Shown: piece by piece, positions 1-9,121 of the stretch | How positions within the stretch are numbered: position 1 is the first letter of the stretch | How the letters are laid out: every line of letters starts with the position of its first letter | Assembly (NCBI GenBank): GCA_964535655.1 | Contig: CAZHTP010000002.1 | Location: 154,054-218,053, forward strand | Direction of reading: 5' to 3' | DNA length: 64,000 bases | Source of the DNA: an uncultured Gammaproteobacteria bacterium | GTDB lineage: Bacteria; Patescibacteriota; Microgenomatia; JALYQM01 | Made by a program: the position numbers and the translations under genes | The notes under the pieces: generated by a model | The model's input: the letters and a program-made list of their open reading frames with translations, nothing else | Database searches by the model: none | Told to the model about the DNA's origin: nothing

Positions 1-47
1 GAATAAAATGATTGTTAACGATATTATTATTTTATAAGGAGATCGCA

Positions 48-614
48 ATGAAAAAGATACTCAAATGGGGCGGAATAGCTCTACTAGTCTTAATAGTTAT
101 CGGTGCAATAGCATCAAATGGGAGTAATTCATCGAATAATTCAACAAATCAGTCCAACACACAAACTACCCAAACTGCCAATAATACTCAACAAAATACT
201 GCGAGTGCTGTAGTAGGGTTGAATCAACCAGCAACAAGTGATGATCTTACCTTTACTGTTACTAATGTTGCTAAGGCTCAAACACTTGGCAGTCAGTACA
301 CTAAAAAAGATGCTCAGGGTACGTTTTATATTTTGACGGTCAAAATAGAAAATACAGGCAAAAAGACCGTTACTTTTGATAGCTCGATGGCAAAAGTGGT
401 AGATAGCGAAGGTCGAGAGTTTGAACGATCTATAGATGGTCAGACTGCAAAAGGTATGAGTGAAGGCAAGGTAGACTTATTTTTACAACAAATTCAACCC
501 TCGTTATCCTTAACGGGTGATTTAGTATTTGACCTACCAACAACTGTTTCCAATCCTCAACTGCTTGTAAAAGGTGGCTTGTTTTCTAAAGGTGCGAGAA
601 TTAACCTTGAATAA
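48..614 (+). CDS. DUF4352-family secreted/membrane-anchored protein
   Basis: AAGGAG RBS before ATG at 48. N-terminal TM/signal, then an S/N/T/Q-rich linker and a C-terminal beta-rich domain typical of DUF4352. Confidence 0.55.
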   Translation: MKKILKWGGIALLVLIVIGAIASNGSNSSNNSTNQSNTQTTQTANNTQQNTASAVVGLNQPATSDDLTFTVTNVAKAQTLGSQYTKKDAQGTFYILTVKIENTGKKTVTFDSSMAKVVDSEGREFERSIDGQTAKGMSEGKVDLFLQQIQPSLSLTGDLVFDLPTTVSNPQLLVKGGLFSKGARINLE

Positions 615-721
615 ATTTTGGGATAGATATCCGTTATAGTAGGTGTTATCAAGGATAATGCCTACTATATGATATAATCATACCAAAAATAGCAGTCCTG
701 CCCAAGTAAAAAGGACAACAT

Positions 722-1279
722 ATGAGTGCTGAAAATCGTAACTTGGCGGGTAGCATTATACAAACAGATAACGGTTCATTCTGGTATTGTTGCGGCAACT
801 GGAATCCTGAGGGAGTTTCAGATAGCTTACCCGCAATTCTTGCCTATACCCCTGACACTGGAAAGTATCCAAAAATAGAAGGACAAAAAGTGCTTGAATT
901 TGGTAAGCACCGCTTTCTAAAAGCCTTTGGTACACCATTTCAAATTTATAAGGGCAACTATTTACCTGAAATGGGTAATGTAATTGATGCTACCACACTT
1001 GGCAGAGTGGCGTTCGTTTCAAGACGCCATATCACTGACATTCGCGATCCCCATTCATTCACTGCAAAATATCTCGAAAAGTTGCCAGAAGTACGGGAAA
1101 AACTCCGTAGACTAACAAGATTTCTTGATTTGGATCTTGAAGATTTAGGCATCACGGGCAGTTCTTTAATGATGCCTGAACCAACACTAAGCAAGAAACT
1201 GATTTGGGTATATATGGGAGTGATAAAAGCCGAAAAGCATATAGGATTCTTGAAGACGCACGAAGTAGAGGAGAAATAA
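722..1279 (+). CDS. Hypothetical protein, possibly one frameshifted gene with the next ORF
   Basis: 185-aa ORF with coding-like composition and no motif I recognise. It overlaps the next ORF by 76 nt in another frame. Confidence 0.35.
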   Translation: MSAENRNLAGSIIQTDNGSFWYCCGNWNPEGVSDSLPAILAYTPDTGKYPKIEGQKVLEFGKHRFLKAFGTPFQIYKGNYLPEMGNVIDATTLGRVAFVSRRHITDIRDPHSFTAKYLEKLPEVREKLRRLTRFLDLDLEDLGITGSSLMMPEPTLSKKLIWVYMGVIKAEKHIGFLKTHEVEEK

Positions 1280-1641
1280 AAAGATGGGTAGACAGATATT
1301 ACTTACCGTTCGAATTCGAAGGAACAGCTTTTGATCCTCAGTTTAGCTATGGTCACACGGAAGCTCATCCATTTGAAGGAGTGTCGTTTGGAAAACCAGT
1401 CGAAAGACCAAACACAGAAGTGCTTATAGGCGAGTCGCCTGATGCCATATTTTATCCAGCAGTTTACACCACAAAATCTATGAGGTTAGTAACATTCAGA
1501 CCAGGACAAAGGGGCTACTTTAAGCAAGGTGATCAAGTCGCCTTTGAATCAATTAGTGAAGTTGATGTTAAGTGGAGTAATGGGAATACTGAGCGAGTCT
1601 ATGCCGTAATGAATGATGAAACAGGCAGTGTAAAGGAATAA
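1204..1641 (+). CDS. Hypothetical protein (TTG start), possibly a frameshift continuation of the previous ORF
   Basis: 145-aa ORF beginning at a TTG. The overlap with 722..1279 suggests a frameshift, a pseudogene or a genuine overlap. Confidence 0.3.
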   Translation: MGIYGSDKSRKAYRILEDARSRGEIKRWVDRYYLPFEFEGTAFDPQFSYGHTEAHPFEGVSFGKPVERPNTEVLIGESPDAIFYPAVYTTKSMRLVTFRPGQRGYFKQGDQVAFESISEVDVKWSNGNTERVYAVMNDETGSVKE

Positions 1642-1644
1642 ACT

Positions 1645-2379
1645 ATGAAAGTAGAAGGTCAAGCAAGTAGAGATGAAACACGATATATCGTAGGGGCAGA
1701 AAATAGCGGTCAACTAGTTACCCATTTGCTCAATAATGGATACGCACCGCTAGAATATGTCCGTCAAGGCGTTCAAACTCTATATTTTACAACTGCAAAA
1801 TTTGAAAAACCCTCATCGGGATATTTAAGAGCGAGAAGATACAAGTTGTTTCCATCTATTGGAACTATTGCTCTTGACGATGACAGTGAATGGAATTTAG
1901 AGCAAAAAGATGCTGATGGTCAAAAACAGCGTATTTCACTACCATACGGTGAAATTAGGGCTTTACTTGCTGATCCTCAGCGTAGAGAATCACTCACCCA
2001 AGCCGTCACACCTCTTCGGAGAATTAGTACAGAACCAGTTGGAGTCGTAGCCGCAACAGAATGGATAAGAACTCACTTTGTAAATCCTACTGATTCGGGA
2101 TTACGAATCACACTGGATAGTTCAAAAAGGTACTATGGCTACATGTGGGGACAATCAGAAGGTGAACTAATGGGAGTAGTTGATGGATTATTTGTTGAAC
2201 TAAAACAAGAAACTTCACAAAATGGGATAGATGTACGAAAATTATTAGGAGATGTACCATACACAGTAATAGATGATAAGTGGCATGAAGCACAAATGCG
2301 TGAAATGTATGGCAAATACATGCTAAGAAGGATAAAAGGAGTAACACATGAAACCGTCAGTGAAAGCGTTAATAGTTAA
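1645..2379 (+). CDS. CYTH/VTC-like triphosphate-tunnel domain protein (tentative)
   Basis: About 244 aa. The pattern ETRY..., ...TLYFTT, ...LRARRYK, ...LEQK...KQR recalls bacterial VTC (polyphosphate-polymerase-like) / CYTH domain proteins. Assignment made from memory of the family pattern. Confidence 0.35.
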   Translation: MKVEGQASRDETRYIVGAENSGQLVTHLLNNGYAPLEYVRQGVQTLYFTTAKFEKPSSGYLRARRYKLFPSIGTIALDDDSEWNLEQKDADGQKQRISLPYGEIRALLADPQRRESLTQAVTPLRRISTEPVGVVAATEWIRTHFVNPTDSGLRITLDSSKRYYGYMWGQSEGELMGVVDGLFVELKQETSQNGIDVRKLLGDVPYTVIDDKWHEAQMREMYGKYMLRRIKGVTHETVSESVNS

Positions 2380-2797
2380 TAATAAAAAGTTATTGCTCAT
2401 TTTGCGTGACAATATTCCTACAATCACCGATCCAAATAAATGGTCATTGGCAGGTGGTGAAATAGAAGAAGGCGAAACTGACCGACAATCACTCGTGCGA
2501 GAACTGCAAGAAGAATTGAATATGCAACCAAAACAAGTAATATATTTGGGTAAAATGACGGTAGGAGTAGATCACTCATTTTATTTTGTCCCATTAAGTG
2601 ACGAAGAGGTTCACCAACTAAAATTAGGTAATGAAGGGCAAGAATTCAAATTCTTTTCAGTGGATGAAATAAGTAATCTTGACTTAGCTCAAAATATCTC
2701 AAAATATTTCCCCTTAGTGAAAGATCATCTTAAAGAAATAATTGAGGAAAATAAAAAGCCAGATTTACAACGTTTAGGACTTTCAATTAGTCATTAA
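2348..2797 (+). CDS. NUDIX hydrolase
   Basis: Nudix box GGEIEEGETDRQSLVRELQEELN (GX5EX7REUXEEXGU). Confidence 0.8.
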   Translation: MKPSVKALIVNNKKLLLILRDNIPTITDPNKWSLAGGEIEEGETDRQSLVRELQEELNMQPKQVIYLGKMTVGVDHSFYFVPLSDEEVHQLKLGNEGQEFKFFSVDEISNLDLAQNISKYFPLVKDHLKEIIEENKKPDLQRLGLSISH

Positions 2798-3073
2798 CGC
2801 TGAAACGGCTTTGATTGCGTCTACGAATGGTTGATCCTGAGCCTTAGTTTCCTCAGATAGCTCACTAAAAGGAACAATAGACTTGTGTTGAGGATCTATT
2901 GTGAACATCCAAGCTGACCATACATGATGGACATCTTCTCTGCTAACAGTTTGCCCTTTAATCAGCACCAGTACGGCATACAGTGCAAATAAGGCAGAGG
3001 TATCGCCTGATGGTAAAGAACTCTTCGGAATTTGCTCTTTAACTAAAGTGGCTATTTTTTCTATGTATGACAT
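2783..3073 (-). CDS. Small hypothetical protein (third gene of the TIR operon), with an RxxxxH motif
   Basis: 96 aa. 13-nt overlap with the upstream membrane-protein gene indicates translational coupling. Contains SREDVHH (Rx4H, HEPN-like; weak). Confidence 0.4.
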   Translation of the reverse strand: MSYIEKIATLVKEQIPKSSLPSGDTSALFALYAVLVLIKGQTVSREDVHHVWSAWMFTIDPQHKSIVPFSELSEETKAQDQPFVDAIKAVSALMTN

Positions 3074-3531
3074 ACTGCTTTTATTAAACTTTCAAAGTCT
3101 ATCATACTGATTAACAAATAAAAGTAAAATAGGATAAATAAGAATGGAACTATTCGCTCAACTTGTCCAAGCTCTGCATATCGTTTACGCCAAGATTTAA
3201 CTGGATCTTGCTTTAACTTACTCCATTCATCGGTAAAAGGTTTAAGTGGCAGTGAAACTTCCATTTCCTGAATCACCTGAAATTTCGCACTATTCAACTC
3301 ACGGTAACTTTTCAGAAGCATCCACCATGAAACGCAAAAGACAAGACCGATTAACGCAAGAAAAACAGTATTAACTTTATCATGCAATAACAGCAGGCCT
3401 GAGTTGAGAGTTAAGAAGAACGTATTTGCGGTGTCTCTTCTACCTGAAACCTTGTCTGCCATTTCTACCGCAAGCTTATATGTTTCAAATGGTATATTTT
3501 TATCGCCATCATTAGACATGACTATACCCAC
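3061..3531 (-). CDS. Small multi-TM membrane protein (putative effector, SLATT-like?)
   Basis: 156 aa. Soluble N-terminus, then two hydrophobic helices (FFLTLNSGLLLL, VFLALIGLVFCVSWWMLL), about 60 aa soluble, then a C-terminal TM (IVPFLFILFYFYLLISMI). Overlaps the TIR gene by 10 nt. Confidence 0.5.
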   Translation of the reverse strand: MGIVMSNDGDKNIPFETYKLAVEMADKVSGRRDTANTFFLTLNSGLLLLHDKVNTVFLALIGLVFCVSWWMLLKSYRELNSAKFQVIQEMEVSLPLKPFTDEWSKLKQDPVKSWRKRYAELGQVERIVPFLFILFYFYLLISMIDFESLIKAVCHT

Positions 3532-3902
3532 CGCTTCAACTCATCAACAATGTCTTTGAAGTTCCATCGTATAACTCGATTGGATGACAATCCCTCAGGA
3601 ATGATGTAAGTCTTATCTTTATTGATCTGGATGCCAAATATAGGATGCTTTTGTCTTAGCGTTTCAGCAATTTCCCATAAACATGCTTCCGAAGAATACG
3701 TTTGCGATCCAATTAAAACGATTGTTCCATGAGTCCTAGCAATTCTTTCCTTACAATTCGTCTTCCACTTTTTACTGAATGGTTCATGAACAGAATAATC
3801 GTGAAACTCTATATCATTATCTTGATCTTTTGCATGCTGAACAAGAAACTCTCTTGCCCATTTATCTTCCATTTGAAAACTAATAAATGCACGGGGTGTC
3901 AT
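3522..3902 (-). CDS. TIR-like domain protein (DUF1863 / ThsB-like)
   Basis: AAGGAGG RBS 6 nt before ATG at 3902. N-terminal AFISFQMEDKW (TIR betaA-like FIS[FY]..D) and SSEACLWEIAE matching the TIR S-x-W-C-x-x-E catalytic-Glu region. About 126 aa. Confidence 0.6.
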   Translation of the reverse strand: MTPRAFISFQMEDKWAREFLVQHAKDQDNDIEFHDYSVHEPFSKKWKTNCKERIARTHGTIVLIGSQTYSSEACLWEIAETLRQKHPIFGIQINKDKTYIIPEGLSSNRVIRWNFKDIVDELKRWV

Positions 3903-3971
3903 AATCTGCCTCCTTATGACCATGTAATGACACAATTTTATAACAAAAAATGAATAAATATAGAAGCAATC

Positions 3972-4193
3972 CTACTTACTATTTCGTAACTTTGTGTTGA
4001 TATCGTGTAGTAGTGCCTTATCAGTTGTTTCTGTTGATGTAACAGATACTTTTAGTGATTTTATAGGAGATAACGGATTATTGAACATGACATTGGGAAA
4101 CGAAAGTCTCAGTACAGTACCTTTTGTCATCCAATTCCGTACGACATCTTGCACTGATGGTAGCTCGGTGGCTTGTTCTTTGTTGTCTCTCAT
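3972..4193 (-). CDS. Small hypothetical protein upstream of the TIR operon
   Basis: 73-aa ORF only; no motif. Confidence 0.2.
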   Translation of the reverse strand: MRDNKEQATELPSVQDVVRNWMTKGTVLRLSFPNVMFNNPLSPIKSLKVSVTSTETTDKALLHDINTKLRNSK

Positions 4194-4370
4194 TTTGCCC
4201 TATTCTAACAAACAGCTTATCCAACCCGCCATAGGAAAAAACTAACGGAAGTGGTTTGTATTTAGTTTTTGGTATAATAAGGTTGGTAGATAGTTCGTGG
4301 TGCGAACGTCTAACCCACACCAGAGCTTCAACATCATGCTAGATATTCAATAATGTGATATCATATAAAT

Positions 4371-4625
4371 ATGAAAGATATTATTATTCAAGATCCAGAG
4401 ATTCTCGGTGGAAAACCCATAATTGCGAGTTCGCGGATGTCTGTAGAAACCATATTAGAGCTTATCTCATCTGGGTTGGAGATAGGAGACATTCTAAAAG
4501 AGTATCCTTATCTAACTAAAGAACAAGTGCAAGCAGCAGTTGATTATGCCGCAAAAATTATGAGCAAAGAAGAACGATACATATTCACTAATCCAAAAAC
4601 GTCTTCCTATGAAATTCCTAGCTGA
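4371..4625 (+). CDS. DUF433-family antitoxin-like protein
   Basis: ILGGKPIIASSRMSVETILE matches the DUF433 core. Confidence 0.65.
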   Translation: MKDIIIQDPEILGGKPIIASSRMSVETILELISSGLEIGDILKEYPYLTKEQVQAAVDYAAKIMSKEERYIFTNPKTSSYEIPS

Positions 4626-4857
4626 TATAAATATCCCTCAATCTGTCATTAAGCACTTAATAGAAATAGGTCATTCTGCCCTTTCGCAGTTCCCGCTGTA
4701 TCAGCATTCAACGATCGTAATTCGATTAAGAAATTTAAACCCTGAAAATATCAGAATTCACTTAGACGAACTCCTCAAGAATCAAAAAGAAGAGATCTTA
4801 ACTAAATCACTAACGATTGTAAAAGATGAATCTGCACTTTCTTACGGTTTCTCTTAA
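4609..4857 (+). CDS. DUF5615 (PIN-like/Mut7-C-like) toxin-like protein
   Basis: MKFLADINIPQSVIKHLIEIGH is the typical DUF5615 N-terminus. 17-nt overlap with the DUF433 gene. Confidence 0.6.
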   Translation: MKFLADINIPQSVIKHLIEIGHSALSQFPLYQHSTIVIRLRNLNPENIRIHLDELLKNQKEEILTKSLTIVKDESALSYGFS

Positions 4858-5093
4858 TCGTGATTAGTTAGGAAATATTTTATATCTTTACTTAATAATA
4901 CAATCTCTTCATAATAATTAGTTCGTAACGTATCCACTAGAGCCCACAAATATTAATCTAAGCCTATTACCATTAAAAGCATGACCATAGAATCAATTGG
5001 CGGAATTTCCTACTTTATTTTCAGATATTATGGAAGATTCATTTTATTTCTCATAGTATATTATCTGATAGGGAAAATCACGCAGATAAGGGC

Positions 5094-5300
5094 TTGATTG
5101 GATTAGTGGGATTTATTTTTCTTCTCATTCTCCAAAAGATTCGATCCAGTATAATAAAAGTGATTCTCATCACCGCAATGCTTATCTTCCTGTTACAAAA
5201 TCAACATAAAGTAGGAGAAGCAACATCGTCAGCTCAACCTCAAACACAAGAAGTCACTTGGTACGATCAAAAGACATATACCGACAATACTTTCCTTTAA
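5094..5300 (+). CDS. Small membrane protein (hypothetical)
   Basis: 68-aa ORF with two hydrophobic segments. Confidence 0.2.
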   Translation: MIGLVGFIFLLILQKIRSSIIKVILITAMLIFLLQNQHKVGEATSSAQPQTQEVTWYDQKTYTDNTFL

Positions 5301-5564
5301 ATACGCGCAAAGCTGGTACACCAAAAAGTATTATTGAAGATATAGGACTGTCAGTCGAAGAATTTACAAAACTTCAGCATGCAGCATCGTCGGCAAATTT
5401 TTGCAACAGAGCACAATAGTGTTAAGTCTAAGACAGATCAAACATCTATACAACGGTTTATGATACGTTTGAGTTGTATGGCGAATAATTTGAACAGAGC
5501 TTGACTCAGTCAAGTTTTTCTAGTATTAAATAATAAAGGGACCCCACATGGCAGGGGATTTTTT

Positions 5565-6626
5565 ATGCGTCAGACAAATATTCCGTTAGCACTATCCTAT
5601 GGTGATGTGTTGCTCGTTCCACAATATTCAAAAGTACGCTCCAGAAAAGATATTAATTTAAAAACTAAAATCGCTCATAATCTGGAATTAAACTCACCAC
5701 TTATGTCCGTTAACATGGACACGATAACCGATATCGACATGGCGGTTGCATTAAGTAACAACAATGCTATTGGGTGCCTACCGCGTTTTGATAAGCCTGA
5801 ACTCCAAGCAGATAAAATGCAAAAAATTACCGATGCCGGTGCCCGCGCAATCGGGGCCATTGAAGTTAATGGGGATTTTATAACCCGTTCCGAGATGTTA
5901 CTTAAAGCAGGAGCAATCGCATTGACCATCGATACCCCACATGCACATACTGCTTTTACCATCGAAGCCATTACAACGTTTAAATCTCATTTTAAAGACG
6001 TCCCCCTTCTCGTTGGAACAATTGCTACCTATCAAGCGGCGTATGATCTCTTTGAAGCGGGTGCTGATTCGGTTTGTGTCGGGATTGGAGCAGGAACCAT
6101 TTGCACGACCCGTATTGTTGCGGGCTCCGGTGTTCCACAAATTACCGCAATTCTTGAAGCTACCCGTGCCAAGGAAAAATTTCCTGGTAGGCATGTCATT
6201 GCCGATGGAGGAATTGTTAATTCTGGAGATATTGTCAAAGCGTTAGCCGCTGGTGCAAGTGCCGTAAAAATTGGATCACTATTTGCCGGAACAGACGAGT
6301 CTCCGGGGACCATTCTTGAAATAGAAGGAAAATTATATAAAGAATATAACGGTTCAACTTCCCGCACTGAAAAGTTACGGCAACTAAAAAAAGACGCGAG
6401 TGGCAAAGAAAATCACTTTATTACTCATGTCGAAGGAGTTGAATCTCTTGTTCCCTATAAAGGTTCCGTTATCAATATAGTTGAAACTTTACTTGCCGGA
6501 GTTCGCTCAGGTATGAGCTACAGCGGTGCTCTAACGGTCGAGGAGCTGTGGGAAAAAGCGGAATTTGTTCAAATCACTGCTGCCGGGCTCCGCGAAAGCC
6601 AAAGCCACGACGTAATTTTACGGTAA
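5565..6626 (+). CDS. IMP dehydrogenase/GMP reductase family TIM-barrel protein (no CBS pair)
   Basis: N-terminal [13 protein letters not shown] and [11 protein letters not shown] (IMPDH/GuaC catalytic-Cys loop). The 353-aa length fits a CBS-less form. Confidence 0.8.
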   Translation: MRQTNIPLALSYGDVLLVPQYSKVRSRKDINLKTKIAHNLELNSPLMSVNMDTITDIDMAVALSNNNAIGCLPRFDKPELQADKMQKITDAGARAIGAIEVNGDFITRSEMLLKAGAIALTIDTPHAHTAFTIEAITTFKSHFKDVPLLVGTIATYQAAYDLFEAGADSVCVGIGAGTICTTRIVAGSGVPQITAILEATRAKEKFPGRHVIADGGIVNSGDIVKALAAGASAVKIGSLFAGTDESPGTILEIEGKLYKEYNGSTSRTEKLRQLKKDASGKENHFITHVEGVESLVPYKGSVINIVETLLAGVRSGMSYSGALTVEELWEKAEFVQITAAGLRESQSHDVILR

Positions 6627-6649
6627 GTATATCTGGTATAATTGGTGCG

Positions 6650-8026
6650 ATGAATTATTTTATCCAAACTTTCGGTTGTCAGGCTAACAAAGCCGATTCC
6701 GAGCGTATGGCCGGAGTCCTCGAAGCCATGGGAATCGAAGAGGCAACAGAAGCCTCTGCCGCCGACGTGATAATCCTTAATACCTGTTCGGTGCGGCAAT
6801 CAGCCGAAAACCGGGTATATTCACGCATGGAATCACTCCGCGAGTTAAAAAAGTCCAAACCAAATCTAAAAGTAATTGTAGCCGGTTGTATGATTGGCCC
6901 TCATGGGGATGCTCCGCGTGATAGTAAAATCTCTGACCGCCTCGAAGGTGCCGATAAGCTCGTGGGAACGCAGGATTATTCTCGTTTATGGGAAATATTC
7001 AAGGATCTTAAGCCAACTCCCGCAGAGTATCTTTCCCAAAGAATCCCCTATAAAAAAATGGAAAAAGACCAGGGCTTTGTCTTAATTTCCTCTGGATGCA
7101 ATAATTTTTGCACCTTTTGTATCGTTCCGTATGCCAGGGGCAAAGAGATCTCGCGTCCATTTGAAGAAATCATCCAAGAGGTGAACGAATTAGTCTCAAA
7201 AGGATACAAACGCATCACACTCCTTGGACAGAATGTTAACTCGTATGGGGCAGATTTAATATTAGGAAAACCACTGGGTGGGGACCGCCTACAGATTAAC
7301 GAATTAAAACGACGAAAAAAACTTGGTCTACCTCTCGTAAAAGATGCAGAAAATACCGTTGCTGGTCCCTATGAAGATCTTAATGCAGTGCAAAAAGCCG
7401 CCGATGCCGTAAATACAGTTAAACTTCCTGGCGATATCGAAGTTAAGCCAGTGTATGTTAAGCATTTGGGGAAAACTCGAGTACCAACACTATTCCCTCA
7501 TCTCCTCGAAGCGGTCTGCAACATTCCAGGAGTAGAAGAGGTTTCGTTTATGTCCTCAAATCCATGGGATTTCTCCAATGAACTTATTGCTACTATCGCT
7601 CGCAATAAAAAGATAGATCGCCAAATCCATTTACCAGTACAGTCAGGGGATAACGAAATCTTGAAAAAAATGAATCGGTGGTACTCTCGAGAAGAATATA
7701 TTGCGCTAACCAAAAAAATTCGTAACGTGGTTCCCGGTGTTACGTTTACAACCGACATTATTGTCGGGTTCCCAGGTGAAACAGAAGAGCAGTTTAAAAA
7801 TACCGTTGATCTTGTCAGGCATGTTGGTTTTAAAGTAGCATTTATCGCCGAATATTCAGTACGTCCGGGCACCGCCGCTTCAATGATGAGGGATGATATT
7901 AAAAACTGGGACAAAAAACGCCGCTTTCAAGTTCTTGATGAACTCATAAACGGCGTTAAACATTCGGAGCATGCACCAGTCAAAGTTCCTGAGCTAAGTA
8001 ATGGAAGCAATCTTAGCTCGGTATAA
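6650..8026 (+). CDS. miaB: tRNA methylthiotransferase (MiaB-like radical-SAM MTTase)
   Basis: MNYFIQTFGCQANKADSE (MTTase N-domain Cys) and CNNFCTFC radical-SAM CxxxCxxC. The ORF-track start at 6548 overlaps the upstream gene, so the ATG at 6650 is preferred. Confidence 0.8.
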   Translation: MNYFIQTFGCQANKADSERMAGVLEAMGIEEATEASAADVIILNTCSVRQSAENRVYSRMESLRELKKSKPNLKVIVAGCMIGPHGDAPRDSKISDRLEGADKLVGTQDYSRLWEIFKDLKPTPAEYLSQRIPYKKMEKDQGFVLISSGCNNFCTFCIVPYARGKEISRPFEEIIQEVNELVSKGYKRITLLGQNVNSYGADLILGKPLGGDRLQINELKRRKKLGLPLVKDAENTVAGPYEDLNAVQKAADAVNTVKLPGDIEVKPVYVKHLGKTRVPTLFPHLLEAVCNIPGVEEVSFMSSNPWDFSNELIATIARNKKIDRQIHLPVQSGDNEILKKMNRWYSREEYIALTKKIRNVVPGVTFTTDIIVGFPGETEEQFKNTVDLVRHVGFKVAFIAEYSVRPGTAASMMRDDIKNWDKKRRFQVLDELINGVKHSEHAPVKVPELSNGSNLSSV

Positions 8027-9118
8027 TGTCTTATTTTTTATAATAGCAAAAAGATCTATTTCATTCTCTGCGATATAGTCAAATATCTCTTTTCTGACAT
8101 CTCCATTTGTCGTTACCAAAAAAGACTCTAAAATATCGGTAGGGTCTATAAGAGAATCTTTAATCACACTGAGTATTGAATCTACTTGATCAGAAGTTGA
8201 TAATTCAAAATTAGATAAGCCATGTTCTTTTGCAATGAGCTTCAATCTTCCTTTTGTCAGTTCATCAAGTAGACCTTCAGAACAAAAGTTCATTAGCAGC
8301 TTAGTACCATTTAAGGTAGTTTGTTTAGAATGACATTCAAATACTGCCCTTGCGGTGATTGGATCGGAAGCTGCTTTAGAAAGTAAGGAATCAGTAGAAT
8401 GCTGAAGCGCAAACATTTCATTGGTAAGATTTATAAATTTAATCGAATCTGAAGAGTGATTAAGTGCAAAATCAAGTTCGGCGATTTTTCCCGCAATCGT
8501 CTTCCATTGTGGATAGCGTAATATATTCTGAGCAAGTCGGATAAAATCGCCATTTGTAACTGTTTTAAAGTAATCACCTTTTTCTGGGTTATAGTCTCCC
8601 TTAGCAAGGAAATCATGTAAAAACCCTGCAAAAATACTTAATTCTACCTCATCATCGCAACCAATCGCGTCATAAAACTCGTCACTTTTGTCTGGCCTAA
8701 GCTCTCGCATTAGTCTTCTGAGAATTGCGTTCGATTCTTCATAAATCGGGTGTTCAATGTCCAGTATGGGATCGATATTGCGATTAGAAATTTCGAAAGC
8801 CATAGCAAAAAATGAAGCATCACGAACTTTTTCGCCAACACGATACATCCGTGATCGTATTTGCAATTCTGAAACATTCCGCTCGTCCGTATACTCAGGA
8901 GAGACAGTGGTGGTGTATACTCTACCTTCAAAAGGAACGTACACTTTAGTGGCTGGAGCAAACAAGCTACCTAATATAAAGAAGTCAGCAATATCTTGAG
9001 AACTTAAAATACCAATCTTTCGTGCAGCTAATTCATGGGCAGCAATTACATCGCACGCATCTGAAATCAAGCTATAGTCTAAATTTTTATTTCCAAGTTC
9101 TCGGTTTTCATCTTCCAT
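7994..9118 (-). CDS. Hypothetical 374-aa protein
   Basis: Long clean ORF with no recognised motif. Confidence 0.5.
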   Translation of the reverse strand: MEDENRELGNKNLDYSLISDACDVIAAHELAARKIGILSSQDIADFFILGSLFAPATKVYVPFEGRVYTTTVSPEYTDERNVSELQIRSRMYRVGEKVRDASFFAMAFEISNRNIDPILDIEHPIYEESNAILRRLMRELRPDKSDEFYDAIGCDDEVELSIFAGFLHDFLAKGDYNPEKGDYFKTVTNGDFIRLAQNILRYPQWKTIAGKIAELDFALNHSSDSIKFINLTNEMFALQHSTDSLLSKAASDPITARAVFECHSKQTTLNGTKLLMNFCSEGLLDELTKGRLKLIAKEHGLSNFELSTSDQVDSILSVIKDSLIDPTDILESFLVTTNGDVRKEIFDYIAENEIDLFAIIKNKTLYRAKIASIT

Positions 9119-9121
9119 AAA

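Noticed and set aside
756-1194. Minus-strand ORFs 756..938 and 958..1194 inside the plus-strand ORF
   Set aside because: They are antisense to a longer coding-like ORF, have low-complexity and odd composition, and lack an RBS.
2108-2347. Minus-strand ORFs rich in L/H/C within the VTC-like gene
   Set aside because: Antisense shadow ORFs of the plus-strand gene.
4250-4320. tRNA-like hairpin GTTCG-tggtg-CGAAC with a flanking ggttggtag
   Set aside because: No acceptor/D/anticodon arms could be built. It is likely a simple hairpin near the TA promoter.
5675-6406. Several 98-124-aa ORFs on both strands inside the IMPDH-family gene
   Set aside because: They are nested in a well-supported gene. 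These are GC-skew artefacts.
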